Positions 1 to 9,145 of a DNA stretch of 64,000 nt are shown here, piece after piece. The notes beneath the pieces were generated by a model. That model worked only from the letters and a program-made list of their open reading frames with translations, had not been told where the DNA came from and ran no database searches. Made by a program: the position numbers and the translations under genes. Every line of letters begins with the position of its first letter. Position 1 is the stretch's first letter. The DNA comes from a virus. The stretch lies in the IMG/VR virus record IMGVR_UViG_3300035701_000001; one strand, 5' to 3'.

Positions 1-271
1 TCTTCCACGCCTTCTTTCCCCCGAAGATCACGGAGGGCTTGTCCCTCATCTGAGCGGCGATGCCACAGGCGTCGGAGACGTATCGCTGGTTCAGATCAGC
101 CATGTAGCGCGTCTTGACGTGCTTCTTCACCTCATTGGTGACGTGGCCAGTCCTCCGCATGAACTGGTAAGCCGACCGGACTGCACTGGACTGGACCAGC
201 ATCAACTTGGCCACCCGATCCCTGTCGGATTGGGAGGAAAAGTAGGCAGTTCCATGAGCCACACGTCGCAT
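1..271 (-). CDS. tnpB: IS200/IS605-family TnpB-related nuclease, N-terminal 90 aa (runs off left edge; IS1341-like, no tnpA upstream)
   Basis: Manual translation MRRVAHGTAYFSSQSDRDRVAKLMLVQSSAVRSAYQFMRR...LNQRYVSDACGIAAQMRDKPSVIFGGKKAWK matches the LM-x3-SSAVRxAY...LNxRYVxDA...VIFGGxK N-terminus of TnpB-related proteins; RuvC domain lies outside the window. Confidence 0.7.
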   Translation of the reverse strand, partial: MRRVAHGTAYFSSQSDRDRVAKLMLVQSSAVRSAYQFMRRTGHVTNEVKKHVKTRYMADLNQRYVSDACGIAAQMRDKPSVIFGGKKAWK

Positions 272-277
272 GGAGAG

Positions 278-306
278 AAGATAGAGGATTCTATTCCTCC
301 CGTCAA
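278..306 (-). promoter_or_regulatory. sigma70-type promoter for tnpB, probably leaderless
   Basis: Minus strand TTGACG (306-301), 17 nt, TATCTT (283-278); ATG 6 nt downstream; GAGGA-N6-TCCTC hairpin in the spacer. Confidence 0.5.
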
Positions 307-363
307 GGCCGCTCCATACAATGAGGCTTCATCAAGTTTCATCAACTTTTTGGGTAGCTGCTG

Positions 364-744
364 CTACCTCCCATACCATGCGGTCAATTTCTCCCGGAGT
401 TCCGGTTCCAGGGCCTTGGCCTTCCTCTGACCAGACTCGTATGCTTCAGGGAAGTTGCCGGGGAACACGCTCCGACGCCATCCAGAGTGGAGGTCCTTGA
501 GAACCTGATCGACGGATCCGTGCTGGCGGTAGCCCATCAGGGTCTTGACCGCCTGGGTGGCCTGGTTTCCAGCACCGGGGATCTGGCCGTTTTCCTCCGC
601 TGCCTTGAAATGTCTGCCGGTCGCTCCTGCTTCTTCGGGGCTGTCGTAGATGGCGACGATGTACGCCGCCGAAACGAGTGGCTGTCCGGGGTATTCGAAG
701 AACTCTCGGAGCCTGCAATACTCGCTGTCGCTGATTTTTTTCAT
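364..744 (-). CDS. hypothetical protein (126 aa)
   Basis: Protein-like ORF, divergent from the promoter at 774. Confidence 0.6.
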   Translation of the reverse strand: MKKISDSEYCRLREFFEYPGQPLVSAAYIVAIYDSPEEAGATGRHFKAAEENGQIPGAGNQATQAVKTLMGYRQHGSVDQVLKDLHSGWRRSVFPGNFPEAYESGQRKAKALEPELREKLTAWYGR

Positions 745-773
745 TTGGAAGTCTTATCCCTGGATCTGACAGT

Positions 774-802
774 TTGCCACAACGAGTGTCATCGGGTAAG
801 GT
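774..802 (+). promoter_or_regulatory. Promoter/operator copy 1 (TTGACAC-N5-GTGTCA-N5-TA class)
   Basis: TTGCCAC AACGA GTGTCA TCGGG TAAGGT; 17-nt spacer; upstream of ATG 840. Confidence 0.65.
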
Positions 803-839
803 TCTCCCACGAGGAAATGTTTCTTCTCAGGAGAAGCCC

Positions 840-1076
840 ATGGATTCCTTCACGGCGGTCGGTCTTGCGGAAGGCTTCCTTGATCCCACAAAACCGAACA
901 AGGAAGAACAGAAGGCCGAGATCCTCGAAGCCTGGCAGTACCTCATCGACACCGGAGAGGTCTGGCAGATGCAGGGATGGTTCGGTCGGACAGCCCAGGC
1001 TCTCCTGGACCGAGGGCTCTGCCGTCCAGCCCCCTCTCCAGCCCCCTCGAACCCGCTCGAAGCGAAGGAAGGTTGA
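840..1076 (+). CDS. conserved phage hypothetical protein (AWQYLIDTGxxWxMQGWFGRTA type)
   Basis: SD AGGAG before ATG 840; motif typical of a small phage protein family. Confidence 0.75.
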   Translation: MDSFTAVGLAEGFLDPTKPNKEEQKAEILEAWQYLIDTGEVWQMQGWFGRTAQALLDRGLCRPAPSPAPSNPLEAKEG

Positions 1077-1078
1077 CC

Positions 1079-1612
1079 ATGTGGGACATCGACTACCCCA
1101 AGACATCCTTCACCCCGTTCAACACCCTGGAAGAGGTCCGTGGATACGTCCTGGATCATCTCCGGTCTGGAGCGAGGTGTCCTTGCTGCGGTCAGACGGC
1201 GAAGGTCTACGGGCGCAAGTACAACCTCTCCGAGGCCTACTCACTCATCTGGCTCGTGAAGGAGTCCGGTCCCCTGATGCGCTGGGTGAACGTCCCGGAA
1301 AACGCACCAAAGGGTCTCATCAAGTCGAGGGAATTCCCCAAGAACCGGTACTGGGGCCTCATCGAGCCCAAGCCCAACGACGACGATCCGAAGAAGAAGG
1401 ACTCGGGGATCTGGCGTCCCACAGACAAGGGTGTGAACTTCGCCTACAACCGCATCCGGTTGGAGCAGAGGGTTTTCCTCTATGACAACCATGTGGTCGG
1501 CTTCGCCTCCGAGACGATGTCCATCCTGGACGCGCTCGGGACCCGGTTTGACTACGAGGAACTCATGTCGGACCGTTCCATGCCGGACCTCTGGAAGGAC
1601 TCCAAGAAGTAG
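1079..1612 (+). CDS. hypothetical protein with CPCC Zn-ribbon and possible winged-helix C-terminus
   Basis: SD GGAAGG before ATG 1079; CPCCGQ; WGLIE...GxWRPTDKG. Confidence 0.75.
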   Translation: MWDIDYPKTSFTPFNTLEEVRGYVLDHLRSGARCPCCGQTAKVYGRKYNLSEAYSLIWLVKESGPLMRWVNVPENAPKGLIKSREFPKNRYWGLIEPKPNDDDPKKKDSGIWRPTDKGVNFAYNRIRLEQRVFLYDNHVVGFASETMSILDALGTRFDYEELMSDRSMPDLWKDSKK

Positions 1613-1745
1613 AAGAGGTCCAAATTCTCCTGGAGATGCAGACTCTGCAGGAGTCTCAAAAAAACGTGTTTGTACGTAACTTTGTGTAGAGTACCTCCTT
1701 TTGGGTTAGAACGAGGACATGCAGATCCGTCGTACCCAGGACGGA

Positions 1746-2186
1746 ATGTCAGGGTTTTTGTGCTGGAACCTTGTCAGCCCTGGACTCGTGGACCTCGTCC
1801 ATGCCTTCTTCTCGGGGGATCGCTTCGTGGTTTGGCCCTTCGTTCTGACACAGCACGTGCTTCCGGTTGAAGAAGAGCTTCACGAGGTCATCCACGCGGT
1901 TCAACAGGTCGAGTGCTCGATGGCCGGGACCCTGCTCGTTCTGTTGCTCTACCTCTCCTGTCTTTCCCCGGCCGTGCTCTGGCTGCTTCCCTTTGCCTGG
2001 CTGCCGGGGTCGAACCCCTACCACATCTTGACGATTGTTTTCTATGAAATTGGACTTTTCAGACACAAGAGTCGGAATGCAGCTTGGCACCGGATTCCAT
2101 TTGAACAAGAGGCCAGGGAAGGCAAATCCTGTCTGTATTACCTGGTAAAACGTCCATTATTGGCCTGGTGGTCGTACCAGATCTGA
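1746..2186 (+). CDS. membrane protein with HExxH zincin-like motif
   Basis: LHEVIHAVQQVE, hydrophobic segment, then WHRIPFEQEA (resembles the HExIHxxQxxE...ISFEREA family). Confidence 0.6.
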   Translation: MSGFLCWNLVSPGLVDLVHAFFSGDRFVVWPFVLTQHVLPVEEELHEVIHAVQQVECSMAGTLLVLLLYLSCLSPAVLWLLPFAWLPGSNPYHILTIVFYEIGLFRHKSRNAAWHRIPFEQEAREGKSCLYYLVKRPLLAWWSYQI

Positions 2187-2224
2187 CCCTAGACATAACC
2201 CGAGGGTCCGGATAAGGACGCCGG

Positions 2225-2458
2225 ATGCCCCACTGGGAAGAAATCCTCGTGGAGTCCTACCGACTCCCGGCCGCTGGACGTGTCTGGACGTTCCACAAGG
2301 TACGCCTGCGGAGAGGACCGGATGGGAAGACGATCCTGCCTCGGGAAGAGCGGGATGCGATCCACACGGTCATCTCCCGAATCCTGCTGAAGAAAACCAC
2401 GCCACTCACGGAGGCGGAGCAGGCGTTTCTCGATGATCTGACCTACGAGTCGCTCTAG
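2225..2458 (+). CDS. hypothetical protein (77 aa)
   Basis: SD-like AAGGA; protein-like composition. Confidence 0.6.
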   Translation: MPHWEEILVESYRLPAAGRVWTFHKVRLRRGPDGKTILPREERDAIHTVISRILLKKTTPLTEAEQAFLDDLTYESL

Positions 2459-2487
2459 GGCAAGGCGGGGCAGGTTAGAGAAACTCC

Positions 2488-3324
2488 ATGGCCCTTCCGC
2501 TTCTGGCTCTCGGAATGCTCGGATTTGCCGCTGCGGCGGACGGGTCAAAGCCATCGTCCTCCGTGGAGTCGATTTCTCCGAGCGAACGTCTCCGTCGAAT
2601 TCGACAGCGACATTTTCTCTTTTACTTCGTCGGTGTAGATGTCGAGTTCAACGAAGGATTCGATTATGACCGCAAGGAAGGTCTGGGGATATTCCAAAAA
2701 TCAGGCGATGCCATCGCGGTGATTCCCCACTCGTTCCTGTACTGGTTGAATCAGCAATTCAGAGTGTTGGGACAGTTGGATCCACGGTTTGACCGATGTG
2801 AATTTTCGTACGGAGGACAGGACGATCCTCTTCCTGTCGAGCTTTATTTCACCCAATCCATCCCGGTGGGTCCTCTGCGGGATTACCTGATGAATCTTGG
2901 AGATTTCGAGAATCCCGCCACACCGAAAGACATTGAGTGCCGCCATGCCATCTTGGATTATCTGCTCTACGGTACGGATGAGGACTTCGAGTTTGTCCAG
3001 GACCTCCTGATCCGGAACTACGGCATGGACTGGATGATCCATAAGAACCCTACGTTTGGCCCCATGGATTTGCAGCGGGTCAAGACGGAGTTGAAAGCAG
3101 AACCTCCTGTCCACATCCTTCCGACTTCGATTCCGGATTACTACCTGAACCCGAGAATCGGACTGTCCAAGTGGAAGTCCTGTGATCTTTCCTGGATGGA
3201 AGTGGAAGACACCTTCGAGTTGAACTGTTCGTTGCTCTCGAAGACAGAATGGGATTCCCTGGAAGGCTACCTTGCCTGGCTCAAGGCAAAAGGTGGATTC
3301 TCCTCTGTCCCACGACTCGGTTAA
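2488..3324 (+). CDS. hypothetical protein with short N-terminal hydrophobic leader
   Basis: MALPLLALGMLGFAAAAD leader; 278-aa ORF. Confidence 0.8.
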   Translation: MALPLLALGMLGFAAAADGSKPSSSVESISPSERLRRIRQRHFLFYFVGVDVEFNEGFDYDRKEGLGIFQKSGDAIAVIPHSFLYWLNQQFRVLGQLDPRFDRCEFSYGGQDDPLPVELYFTQSIPVGPLRDYLMNLGDFENPATPKDIECRHAILDYLLYGTDEDFEFVQDLLIRNYGMDWMIHKNPTFGPMDLQRVKTELKAEPPVHILPTSIPDYYLNPRIGLSKWKSCDLSWMEVEDTFELNCSLLSKTEWDSLEGYLAWLKAKGGFSSVPRLG

Positions 3325-3351
3325 AGAAAAGAAGAACCCATTGGAGTCTCC

Positions 3352-4350
3352 ATGTTTCTTCCCCTTCTGCTCGGCGGTCTCGTCGGTTTCGTCGCGGCCC
3401 AGTCCATGGCCCCTACCGAGACGGAACTCGTGAAGGGGTTTTTGGGAGAGAAGGTCAAGGACGAGGACATCGAGAAGATCAAGTATGTCGTCGAGAACTT
3501 CTGGGACCAGATCCAGAACTTCATCTCCTTGATGGCTGCTCCTTCTGTGGCGAAGGAGGCAGCGGGAGGGTGCTATGGTTTGGCAGCGTGGCAAACCCTG
3601 GGTATGTCCGAGTCTGTGATCCCAGAAAGTGGGTATGAGCGTCAAAGTCGTGAGCGCAGAAGCATCCGCCGAACCCTCGGAGAGGTCCCCGGCGTCTTCG
3701 AGATGATCGCGATGTACTACCTGCTCGCGGATCCCCAGACCCCGCTCTACCTCAAGGCAGAACTCGCGAGCGTGCTGGCCTACGTGCTTTCTCCCGTCGA
3801 CCTCATCCCGGACGAGATCCCCGGCATCGGACAACTGGACGACCTCGGACTTCTCTACCTCGGCTACCAGCATGCCAAGGAGCATTTCCAGCCGCACCAC
3901 CTCGACCAGGCCGAGCAGTGGATCCGGGACCGGGGCAACGAGCCCTACCTCATGACGCCCAAGATTCTCTCCTCCTGGCTGCGCGCCAAGGCCCCGGCAG
4001 CCTTTGCCTCTCGGCCGACTTCCCACGAAGGATTCGGGGCCTCCGATCCATGGGAGATCTGTCCGGTCTGTGGAATGCCGGCAGAGGGCCGCTGCAAGTG
4101 CGCCTGGGGAGACCGGGAGTGCTCCTGTGGACATCACTGGGGCTGGTGCCCGGTTCATGGACGACGGGTTCTCTATCCTCCTGGTAAGAACTTGCATGCG
4201 CTGCCCACGCCCGAGTTCGGGACGTGCCTGTGCTCTTACGGAAAGCCCGTTCCGGAATCCCATCCTCCGACCCATGAAGGGTTTGGAGCACAAGATCGCA
4301 GGAGAGAAGAGGAACTTGTCCAGTTGTTCCTGGATGAACTCTACCCATGA
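3352..4350 (+). CDS. YkvA/DUF1232-domain protein with hydrophobic leader and C-terminal Cys-rich module
   Basis: DPQTPLYLKAELASVLAYVLSPVDLIPDEIPGIGQLDDL is the DUF1232 signature; CPVCG..CKC..CSCGHHWGWCPVHG. Confidence 0.8.
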   Translation: MFLPLLLGGLVGFVAAQSMAPTETELVKGFLGEKVKDEDIEKIKYVVENFWDQIQNFISLMAAPSVAKEAAGGCYGLAAWQTLGMSESVIPESGYERQSRERRSIRRTLGEVPGVFEMIAMYYLLADPQTPLYLKAELASVLAYVLSPVDLIPDEIPGIGQLDDLGLLYLGYQHAKEHFQPHHLDQAEQWIRDRGNEPYLMTPKILSSWLRAKAPAAFASRPTSHEGFGASDPWEICPVCGMPAEGRCKCAWGDRECSCGHHWGWCPVHGRRVLYPPGKNLHALPTPEFGTCLCSYGKPVPESHPPTHEGFGAQDRRREEELVQLFLDELYP

Positions 4351-4757
4351 TCCTCCCCGTCTTCCTCTTTACGCTGGCCGGAAGTCTCTTCACGGAGGAA
4401 GCCCGCAGGAGCGCCCAGTTCTCTCTCTGGTTGCAGAAGGTGTTCTACGATCCATCCGGAGAGAGAGTCGGTTCCGATCCCATCGTCTTCACGGCTCCGT
4501 TCTACGCAGACCGCTTGGAAGAGCTTCTCGGTCATCCGGACATCCTCGGGATTCCGTGGTCCCACTGGCAGCTTTCCCATGATCGGAAGACCCTGTTCCT
4601 GATCTCTTTTCGCAACCCGGTACCAAATTCCGACTATGACGTCGTGCTCGAAGCGGTCCTGCACAAGAACCTCGGCATCTTCATGGAAGCAGACCAGCTT
4701 GTCTTCGCCCTCTGGTCCGATCCCGACATCGTGCAGCAGAGCTACGGAAGTCTCTGA
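4347..4757 (+). CDS. hypothetical protein with hydrophobic leader
   Basis: ATGA overlap with upstream gene; MILPVFLFTLAGSLF. Confidence 0.7.
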   Translation: MILPVFLFTLAGSLFTEEARRSAQFSLWLQKVFYDPSGERVGSDPIVFTAPFYADRLEELLGHPDILGIPWSHWQLSHDRKTLFLISFRNPVPNSDYDVVLEAVLHKNLGIFMEADQLVFALWSDPDIVQQSYGSL

Positions 4758-4765
4758 TTTCTTCT

Positions 4766-4931
4766 GAAGAACGACAGGATCACCACGAAGAACACGAAGG
4801 ACACGAAGGATCGGACTGGTCGGACCCCGCGCTCTCCGCGTTCTCTGCGGTAGAAAAGACCAGAAAAACCACCACGGAGGACACGGAGGACACGGAGGAT
4901 CGGACGGACCGGACTCCGCGTTTTCGGCGGT
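4766..4931 (+). repeat. REP-like ~85-bp repeat family, locus 1 (arms A, B, A')
   Basis: CACCACGAAGAACACGAAGGACACGAAG; CCCCGCGCTCTCCGCGTTCTCTGCGGT; ACCACGGAGGACACGGAGGACACGGAG. Confidence 0.9.
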
Positions 4932-4952
4932 GACTTGTTCCCCAGACACAGA

Positions 4953-4985
4953 ACGACGCATCAGCCCCGAAGGGCTGTGCGTCGT
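4953..4985 (-). terminator. GC-rich hairpin downstream of the minus-strand gene (possible terminator)
   Basis: ACGACGCA-T-CAGCCC-CGAA-GGGCTG-TGCGTCGT; no clear U-tract. Confidence 0.45.
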
Positions 4986-5009
4986 CCGTGGACTTCCCTG
5001 GAGTGGGCG

Positions 5010-5474
5010 TCAGACGATGAAGTGCATCGTCAGCCGGGCGGACCCGACGGTCGGGAATCCACTGATGGTCGCGATGACTGCCTCGGGGACCTCCGGGGGG
5101 ATGGGTCCTGGGACGGCGACCGTAAAGGTGCGCTCCGCGTTGACCGACTTGATGCCGGGGGTCAGCAGATTGACCGCATCCACGAGGTTGATGAGGGAGT
5201 TCGGAACGGCGGCCGAACCGACGATGAGGGTCGCCAGGTTGTCGAACGGGGTGAGGACCTCGATCTCGGCCCCGGTGAAGACCATGCCGTTCGGGTAGGT
5301 CGGGGGGGCCTGGTTCGGAGGAGACAGGGTCGGGTACGCCCCTGCCGCACCGGGTAGCGCGATGACGACCGCGATCTCCTGCGGGGAGATGTTGGCTCCC
5401 ATGTCGCCCTGCTCGCCATCGAACCGCTCGTCGCAGAACCGGCTGTTCAACCCATCGACGTTTTTCTTGCCCAT
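5010..5474 (-). CDS. putative virion structural / head-decoration-like beta protein
   Basis: IEVLTPFDNLATLIVG resembles the V-x-TAF-N/D...+xVG motif of phage decoration proteins; Pro/Ala/Val/Gly-rich; SD GAGGA. Confidence 0.5.
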   Translation of the reverse strand: MGKKNVDGLNSRFCDERFDGEQGDMGANISPQEIAVVIALPGAAGAYPTLSPPNQAPPTYPNGMVFTGAEIEVLTPFDNLATLIVGSAAVPNSLINLVDAVNLLTPGIKSVNAERTFTVAVPGPIPPEVPEAVIATISGFPTVGSARLTMHFIV

Positions 5475-5687
5475 GATGTCCTCGTCCTCGTGTGGGAAGG
5501 TTCACCCCTCCTGTATCCGGCATCGGGGAAACCTTCCAATCCTCCGGGAGAGGCTTGGGGGGATGAAACAGGATTCATCCGGTTTGATGTGTGAAAATAA
5601 GCAGGATTCCCCTTGTGTATGACAAAGAGATGGTTCTGGTTGTCCTGGAAAAGCCTCCGTACGATTTGGACAGGGAGAGGAGGGTGG

Positions 5688-5701
5688 GCAAGACAGGTTA
5701 G
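5688..5701 (+). promoter_or_regulatory. motif class 2 (xxAGACRGGWTAR) upstream of the array start
   Basis: GCAAGACAGGTTAG, 9 nt before ATG 5711; near-copies at 28100, 31443, 19567, 10880. Confidence 0.4.
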
Positions 5702-5710
5702 GAAGAGTCC

Positions 5711-6178
5711 ATGATCTGGGAACTCGCCATGCTGGGACTCGCGCTCGCCTCGGATACACCTGAGGAAAATCCCGACAGCCCCTACTGGAACGATTGGCTG
5801 TGGGAAAAGCGGTTTGAGCACGCGGATCGGATCCGGAAATCCTTCGGAGTTCCCAAGATGACTCCCAGGGATCGAATGCGGGCATTGGTCCATGAACGGC
5901 CTTTTTCCCGCTATGTTGTCTATGGATTGACGATCTGGCTTGCCGAATACATTCCCCGTGACATCACTCCGGATGCTCCATGGGTTTTCGTTCAACACAC
6001 TCGTCTGCATGAGGCGTGGATTTCCCAACTCTGTGTCCCGCGTTCAAAGGGGGACATGTCCAAGAATATGCAGGTTCTGGCGAAGCAGATATTCCTGCCT
6101 TGGTTCGGTACCGGTGCGATCAGCCTCGGGTTCGTCTCGGAAGAAAAGATGCGCTCGTATTGCGGGACGCTGCCGTGA
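5711..6178 (+). CDS. Family A paralog 1
   Basis: MIWELAMLGLALASD...WEKRFEHADRIRKSFGVPKMTPRDRM. Confidence 0.9.
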   Translation: MIWELAMLGLALASDTPEENPDSPYWNDWLWEKRFEHADRIRKSFGVPKMTPRDRMRALVHERPFSRYVVYGLTIWLAEYIPRDITPDAPWVFVQHTRLHEAWISQLCVPRSKGDMSKNMQVLAKQIFLPWFGTGAISLGFVSEEKMRSYCGTLP

Positions 6179-6672
6179 TCCTGGAATTGACTACACTGGG
6201 ATTCGCGCTTGCCTCGGATGCTTCCGAGGAGAATCCCGAGAGCCCATACTGGGATGAGTGGTCCTGGGAATGTCGGTTCGAGCACGCGGATCGGATTCGG
6301 GAATCCCTTGTCATTCCAAAGCTCACTCCGGGGGATCGGATGCGGGTAATGCTGGGACAACCTCCTCGGTCTCCCTACGTAATCTCTGAGGATCTCTATC
6401 TTGTCCAGAAAATCGACGAAAAGAAACTGACGCTCAACCGAAAACTGGGGATACAGGAGAAATCGTACTGGCATCTGGTGCGGTACCAGGATTTGTCTCC
6501 CAAACACATCATGGCATCTCTGATTTCAAGACGCGGGGATCGTGCTTCACAACCTATTTTTGAAGTCGAGAAGGTGCTCGGAGAACAGATTTTTCTACCC
6601 CAGATCACCTGGTTGCCCATGGGTTGGATCAACGAAGATCAAGTCCGTGAAATCTGTGGAATGGTTCCATGA
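6175..6672 (+). CDS. Family A paralog 2
   Basis: GTG start overlapping TGA; (M)ILELTTLGFALASD; close to paralog 1 (ENPxSPYW). Confidence 0.9.
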   Translation: MILELTTLGFALASDASEENPESPYWDEWSWECRFEHADRIRESLVIPKLTPGDRMRVMLGQPPRSPYVISEDLYLVQKIDEKKLTLNRKLGIQEKSYWHLVRYQDLSPKHIMASLISRRGDRASQPIFEVEKVLGEQIFLPQITWLPMGWINEDQVREICGMVP

Positions 6673-7148
6673 TCCTCGAACTCACCACGCTGGGCCTTGC
6701 ATTGGCTTCGGATGCTTCGGGTTCCGAAGAAGAAGCCTGGATCCAGAAATTCGAGGAGACCAACATCCTTCGAGCTTCCTACGGAATTCCTGTGCTCACG
6801 GCTGCAGAACGCATGGCGTGGATGATCGGTGAAAATCCGATCTCGAAAAGCCATATGGTCTGTGGATATGTCGAGACAGGAAAACTCGGCACACTTTCCG
6901 ATTATCTTGTCTGGATTGCAGAAGCAAAACCGGACTTGGTACTTGGATACTCTACAGGTTCCATCAAGGGATTTCAACTTCACCTATTTTATGCATTCCG
7001 AAAAAAGTTTACGGACTCATGGGAAGTCTCCATTTTCGAGCAGGAAATCGCCAGGAAGTTGTTCCTTCCCTGTTCTCTTGTTCCCCGACGTCCAGGAACC
7101 GTCACAACAGTGAACAGCTTCCTGACATTGAGGAATGATCTTCGATGA
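6669..7148 (+). CDS. Family A paralog 3
   Basis: ATGA overlap; family core. Confidence 0.9.
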   Translation: MILELTTLGLALASDASGSEEEAWIQKFEETNILRASYGIPVLTAAERMAWMIGENPISKSHMVCGYVETGKLGTLSDYLVWIAEAKPDLVLGYSTGSIKGFQLHLFYAFRKKFTDSWEVSIFEQEIARKLFLPCSLVPRRPGTVTTVNSFLTLRNDLR

Positions 7149-7657
7149 TCCTCGAACTCGCCATGCTGGGACTTGCGGTGGCCTCGGACTCCGAGTCGGA
7201 CGGCAATGAGCAAGAATGGACAAGGCGATTCGAAGAGGTGGACAAGCTGAGAGTCCAGTATGGGGTCCCGCCTCTCACGGCACAGGACAGGATCCGGTGG
7301 ATGATCGGGCAGCAGCCTTCGAAGGAGTACGTGCTGGTCTGGCGGTTCGACCGTTTTCACGAGAGACAGACTCTCGACGACGTCATACTTTCCTTTTACC
7401 GAAAAGAAGTGGAGGAGCCTGCTTCATACCGACGGATGGTTTTCTCTTTTCTACCGAGTTGGAAGCTCTATGAGTTCGCACGGATCGCCAAGCAAACCTC
7501 ATTGAAAATAGAGGATCAGATCAGGTCTTACGCCGAAGTTCTCGAAAATCAGATGTTTTTGCGACGGGCGATCTCCGATGTCGGAGCAGGACTGATCGAT
7601 GTCCATCCTCCCAACGAGGTCCTGGGAATCATCCTTCATGGGGAGAAGAAGGGATGA
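7145..7657 (+). CDS. Family A paralog 4
   Basis: ATGA overlap; family core. Confidence 0.9.
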   Translation: MILELAMLGLAVASDSESDGNEQEWTRRFEEVDKLRVQYGVPPLTAQDRIRWMIGQQPSKEYVLVWRFDRFHERQTLDDVILSFYRKEVEEPASYRRMVFSFLPSWKLYEFARIAKQTSLKIEDQIRSYAEVLENQMFLRRAISDVGAGLIDVHPPNEVLGIILHGEKKG

Positions 7658-8124
7658 TTCTCGAACTCTCCATCCTGGGTCTCGCGATTCTCTCGGATTC
7701 CGAACCAGAGCCCGAAGGGTCTGAATGGATTCGGCGATTTGAAGAGATCGACAGCCTGCGTTTCAACTGCGAAATCCCCTTTCTTTCTGCTCAGGAACGG
7801 ATGGCAGTTGTCCTCGGAAAAAACCCGACCTCCAAAGATTACATTCTTTCGACTTTTCACGAACAAACCAAGCACCAGGGTTGGTTTCGAATCTTTGTTG
7901 GCAAATTGGAAGAAGGAGAGCTTTTGGATGGAAAAAGGTCGTTCTTGTTGAGAAGATGGTGCTTGTTCGCAGACAAGTTCAAGAGTATCTTCGATGCCAT
8001 GTCGGCACGGAACGGAATGGCGAAAGCACTGTTCCTCCCTGCTACCGCACTCTCTTTTTCCACAAGGGAACCCCACCATACGACCCAGGAAAGCCTGGAC
8101 GGCAACTGGATTGACCTGAGATGA
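7654..8124 (+). CDS. Family A paralog 5
   Basis: ATGA overlap; family core. Confidence 0.9.
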   Translation: MILELSILGLAILSDSEPEPEGSEWIRRFEEIDSLRFNCEIPFLSAQERMAVVLGKNPTSKDYILSTFHEQTKHQGWFRIFVGKLEEGELLDGKRSFLLRRWCLFADKFKSIFDAMSARNGMAKALFLPATALSFSTREPHHTTQESLDGNWIDLR

Positions 8125-8591
8125 TTCTCGAACTCGTCACCCTTGCGTTCTCCGCCCTCTCCGATCAGGAGAAGGTCTCTGAGCAGGACTGGTCTCAACG
8201 GTTCCAGGAAATGGATCTGAGGAGATCTGAAGTTGGGATTCCACCGCTTACACCAAGGGAACGGATGCAAAGGATGCTCGGAGAGCCCCCCTCTTCGGAC
8301 CAGTACGTATTGTATGCGAGAGAAGAGTGGGATTCTGATCTACATTTTTCCGTCTATGTCTTTGGCATGGCAAAGCTCGAAAAGTCCCCATCAGGATACG
8401 GATATCGCGTACGAAACTTTCAGCGCTTGATGGAAGAGGAGAAAGACCTTACAAAAGCGATGATCCGCCTTGGAGAATTGGCAAAGGAACTCCATGTCCT
8501 GTACAGCACACTCGTCAGTACATTGACTCCGGATTGGTTCGATGTCGACCACCTCGAAGAAATGCGGAAGAACTGGCTGGACATCCCATGA
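8121..8591 (+). CDS. Family A paralog 6
   Basis: ATGA overlap; family core. Confidence 0.9.
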   Translation: MILELVTLAFSALSDQEKVSEQDWSQRFQEMDLRRSEVGIPPLTPRERMQRMLGEPPSSDQYVLYAREEWDSDLHFSVYVFGMAKLEKSPSGYGYRVRNFQRLMEEEKDLTKAMIRLGELAKELHVLYSTLVSTLTPDWFDVDHLEEMRKNWLDIP

Positions 8592-9145
8592 TTCTCGAAC
8601 TCGTCACCCTTGCACTCGCCGCTGCCTCAGATGGAGAAGACTCCTCCGAAATCGACTGGACCCGGTGGTTCGACGAGATTGACTGGATGCGGATTTCCCT
8701 CGGAATGGCCCCGCTCTCTCCCCAGGAACGGATGTGCCTTCTACTCGGTGAAACCATTCCTGGAAACACCATTCCAACCCGATATGCCATCGGGTGTCTG
8801 CTCTCAGGGAAGGGCGAGGTTTCGGCCGAGGAATACCTGGTGAAACAGCGGATGATCGTGCAGGCCTTCCAAGCCATACACCTGGGTCCTTCCTCCACGG
8901 TGTTCGGGGCGAACTGGTTCTGGAAGAAGGTCGGACAGCGGGAGTTCCCCGATTCAACCTGGATGGATATCGAAGTCAATGGCCACAAACAGGCATACCC
9001 TGTCTCTCGCATCTCGCTCGCGACCCAGCGTTTGGCCAGGCAACTCTTCGTCCATTTTGCGGGATACGATGCGGCAGAGGGCCAGAGGCTCTCGACCTAC
9101 GATGTCCAGTGCATGGTCGGTCCTGTGAGGTCCCAAGTGCCATGA
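8588..9145 (+). CDS. Family A paralog 7
   Basis: ATG 8588; first 26 nt identical to paralog 6. Confidence 0.9.
   Translation: MILELVTLALAAASDGEDSSEIDWTRWFDEIDWMRISLGMAPLSPQERMCLLLGETIPGNTIPTRYAIGCLLSGKGEVSAEEYLVKQRMIVQAFQAIHLGPSSTVFGANWFWKKVGQREFPDSTWMDIEVNGHKQAYPVSRISLATQRLARQLFVHFAGYDAAEGQRLSTYDVQCMVGPVRSQVP

Noticed and set aside
1640-1664. Hairpin AGACTC-TGCAG-GAGTCT as terminator (similarly 33235-33267)
   Set aside because: The hairpin is followed by an A-run rather than a U-run on the + strand, and the geometry is also wrong for the minus strand; at 33260 the A-tract is better read as a promoter UP element.
1749-2108. Minus-strand 119-aa ORF
   Set aside because: The + strand frame has an HExxH motif and TM segment and matches local gene orientation.
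2701-4293. Long antisense ORFs (also 43013-44281, 58941-60251, 53026-53753 region, 41114-42259)
   Set aside because: They are shadows of + strand genes in GC-rich DNA: no SD, no motifs, and they fully overlap better-supported genes.
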